From Saccostrea cucullata (Eukaryota): 63,637 bases of DNA. The notes beneath the pieces were generated by a model that was not told the DNA's origin, ran no database searches, and saw only the letters and a program-made list of their open reading frames with translations. Positions 62,441 through 63,637 of this stretch are shown here, piece after piece; position 1 is the stretch's first letter, and every line of letters begins with the position of its first letter. The stretch covers positions 1-63,637 of the forward strand of contig NW_026935304.1 of assembly GCF_032062105.1 (NCBI RefSeq), given 5' to 3'. The position numbers and the translations under genes are program-made.

Positions 62441-63637
62441 ACAATTACTACTGATAGCTTTTTCTGACCATTACAATTACTACTCATAGCTATCACTGAC
62501 CATTGCATGTACCACCCACAACTATCTCTGACCATTACAATTACCACCAATAAATATTCCTAACCATTACAATTACCACCCATAAATATTTCTGAACATT
62601 ACAATTACCACCCATAGCTATCACTGACAATTACAATTACCACCCATCAATATCTCTGACCATTACATGTGACACCCATTGCTTTCACTAAACATAACCT
62701 TGTTTGTCTGACACTAAGATCTGACAGGAATCTGGACTTTCCGGAACCGCGACTGTTTGGCATCTGAGAAGATGTATCGCACATCATCTGTCCGATTAAT
62801 AGCTTAAGTAACTCTGAGAAAATTGAACTAAAATAGTAATCAACATCGATTTTGCTGCCTAATGAGAAGAATGGATATGTCATTAAGGAAAATGGTATAA
62901 GTCTACTTTTCTTTTTCTTCTAACTCTGGTTGTTAAAAATAATCATTTGACTTTCTTTTTGGAAATTATGATATAAAATGATTGTTACATTTCGCTGCAT
63001 ACAGTAGTTTGCTAAAAGAATAAAGTGTTTCCCTGAAGAAAACATCTAGATTGAAGTATGCATACATGTATATTATCTAAATTATCCATTCGTTGCAAAA
63101 GTTGCTCACCGATATAAGATAATAGAACGGATATATCAATATATAGATAGGATTTTGAAAATGATATGTACATGTAACATATGCAATTTAATTATGATAT
63201 TGATATCTCGAAATAAAATTATATACACATTAAAAATATAACAACCCATGCCGAGTGCACCTGTTTCAATTTTTGTTAAAAAATCATACCGATCTGATGC
63301 AAATTGTAAAGAAAACTTCAGGATGCGACCACATTAATGTTATTTTGTGTTTAAATTAAGAACATAATTAACGAAGAATTAATATCCTCTTTTTCAGGGT
63401 TCTCCACGTTTGAAAATTTAACCGTTTGAAAATTTAATTGGAAGAAGCTTCGAGAAGGCGAAATGTGGCCAAAAACACGAATGCGTGTTAGACTACCTAA
63501 TCTTCATTAATCAGTGATTGGTTGTTCAATTTTTTTAAATATATCCACTGCAACACAAAACAATGGAAAAACTAACACTTTGTAAAGTTAAAAGAATAGC
63601 AATTAAATTGAAAAGGATTTATCCTGTATCTTTACTT

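Larger units (their letters stand above)
48770..63637 (+). repeat. Tandem macro-repeat of ~3.3 kb containing a dead LINE endonuclease
   Basis: Marker tgattgttacatt...gctgtatacagtagtttgctaaaagaataaagtgtttccctgaag at ~52637, 56415, 59706, 62978. A more diverged unit lies at ~48770-52636; the unit starting at 52637 is broken by insertions. The array runs off the window end. Confidence 0.92.

Overview
AT-rich, intron-containing eukaryotic DNA. The repeat families and gene content point to a bivalve, most likely an oyster (inference). Genes: (i) a tandem family of + strand genes encoding a Q/P-rich N-terminus, four TM2 domains and a C-terminal PPPY motif. One copy is largely intact (22934-25236), one is a Tc1-disrupted pseudogene (11737-16174) and one survives as an orphan last exon (~6047). 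(ii) A - strand cluster of secreted C1q-domain (C1qDC) genes: an intact signal+gC1q gene (47489-48410), a signal+SUEL lectin+gC1q gene with a 1-nt deletion (26980-28151), two pseudogenes and one relic. TM2 and SUEL-C1q appear to have been duplicated together as a convergent pair. The rest is dense, nested, mostly non-autonomous transposons (Tc1/mariner, hAT, piggyBac, Harbinger, CACTA-like, Helentron/HINE, tRNA-derived SINEs, Penelope-like relics), a ~4 kb segmental duplication, a ~1.25 kb-arm inverted duplication and a ~3.3 kb tandem macro-repeat built on a dead LINE endonuclease. Most notable: a tandem array of splice donors that may switch the TM2 protein's PPPY tail, a phase-symmetric SUEL exon cassette that is present or absent among C1q paralogues, and a 32-bp minisatellite derived from the codons of a LINE endonuclease SDH motif. 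All coordinates and alignments were read by eye; no database searches were run.
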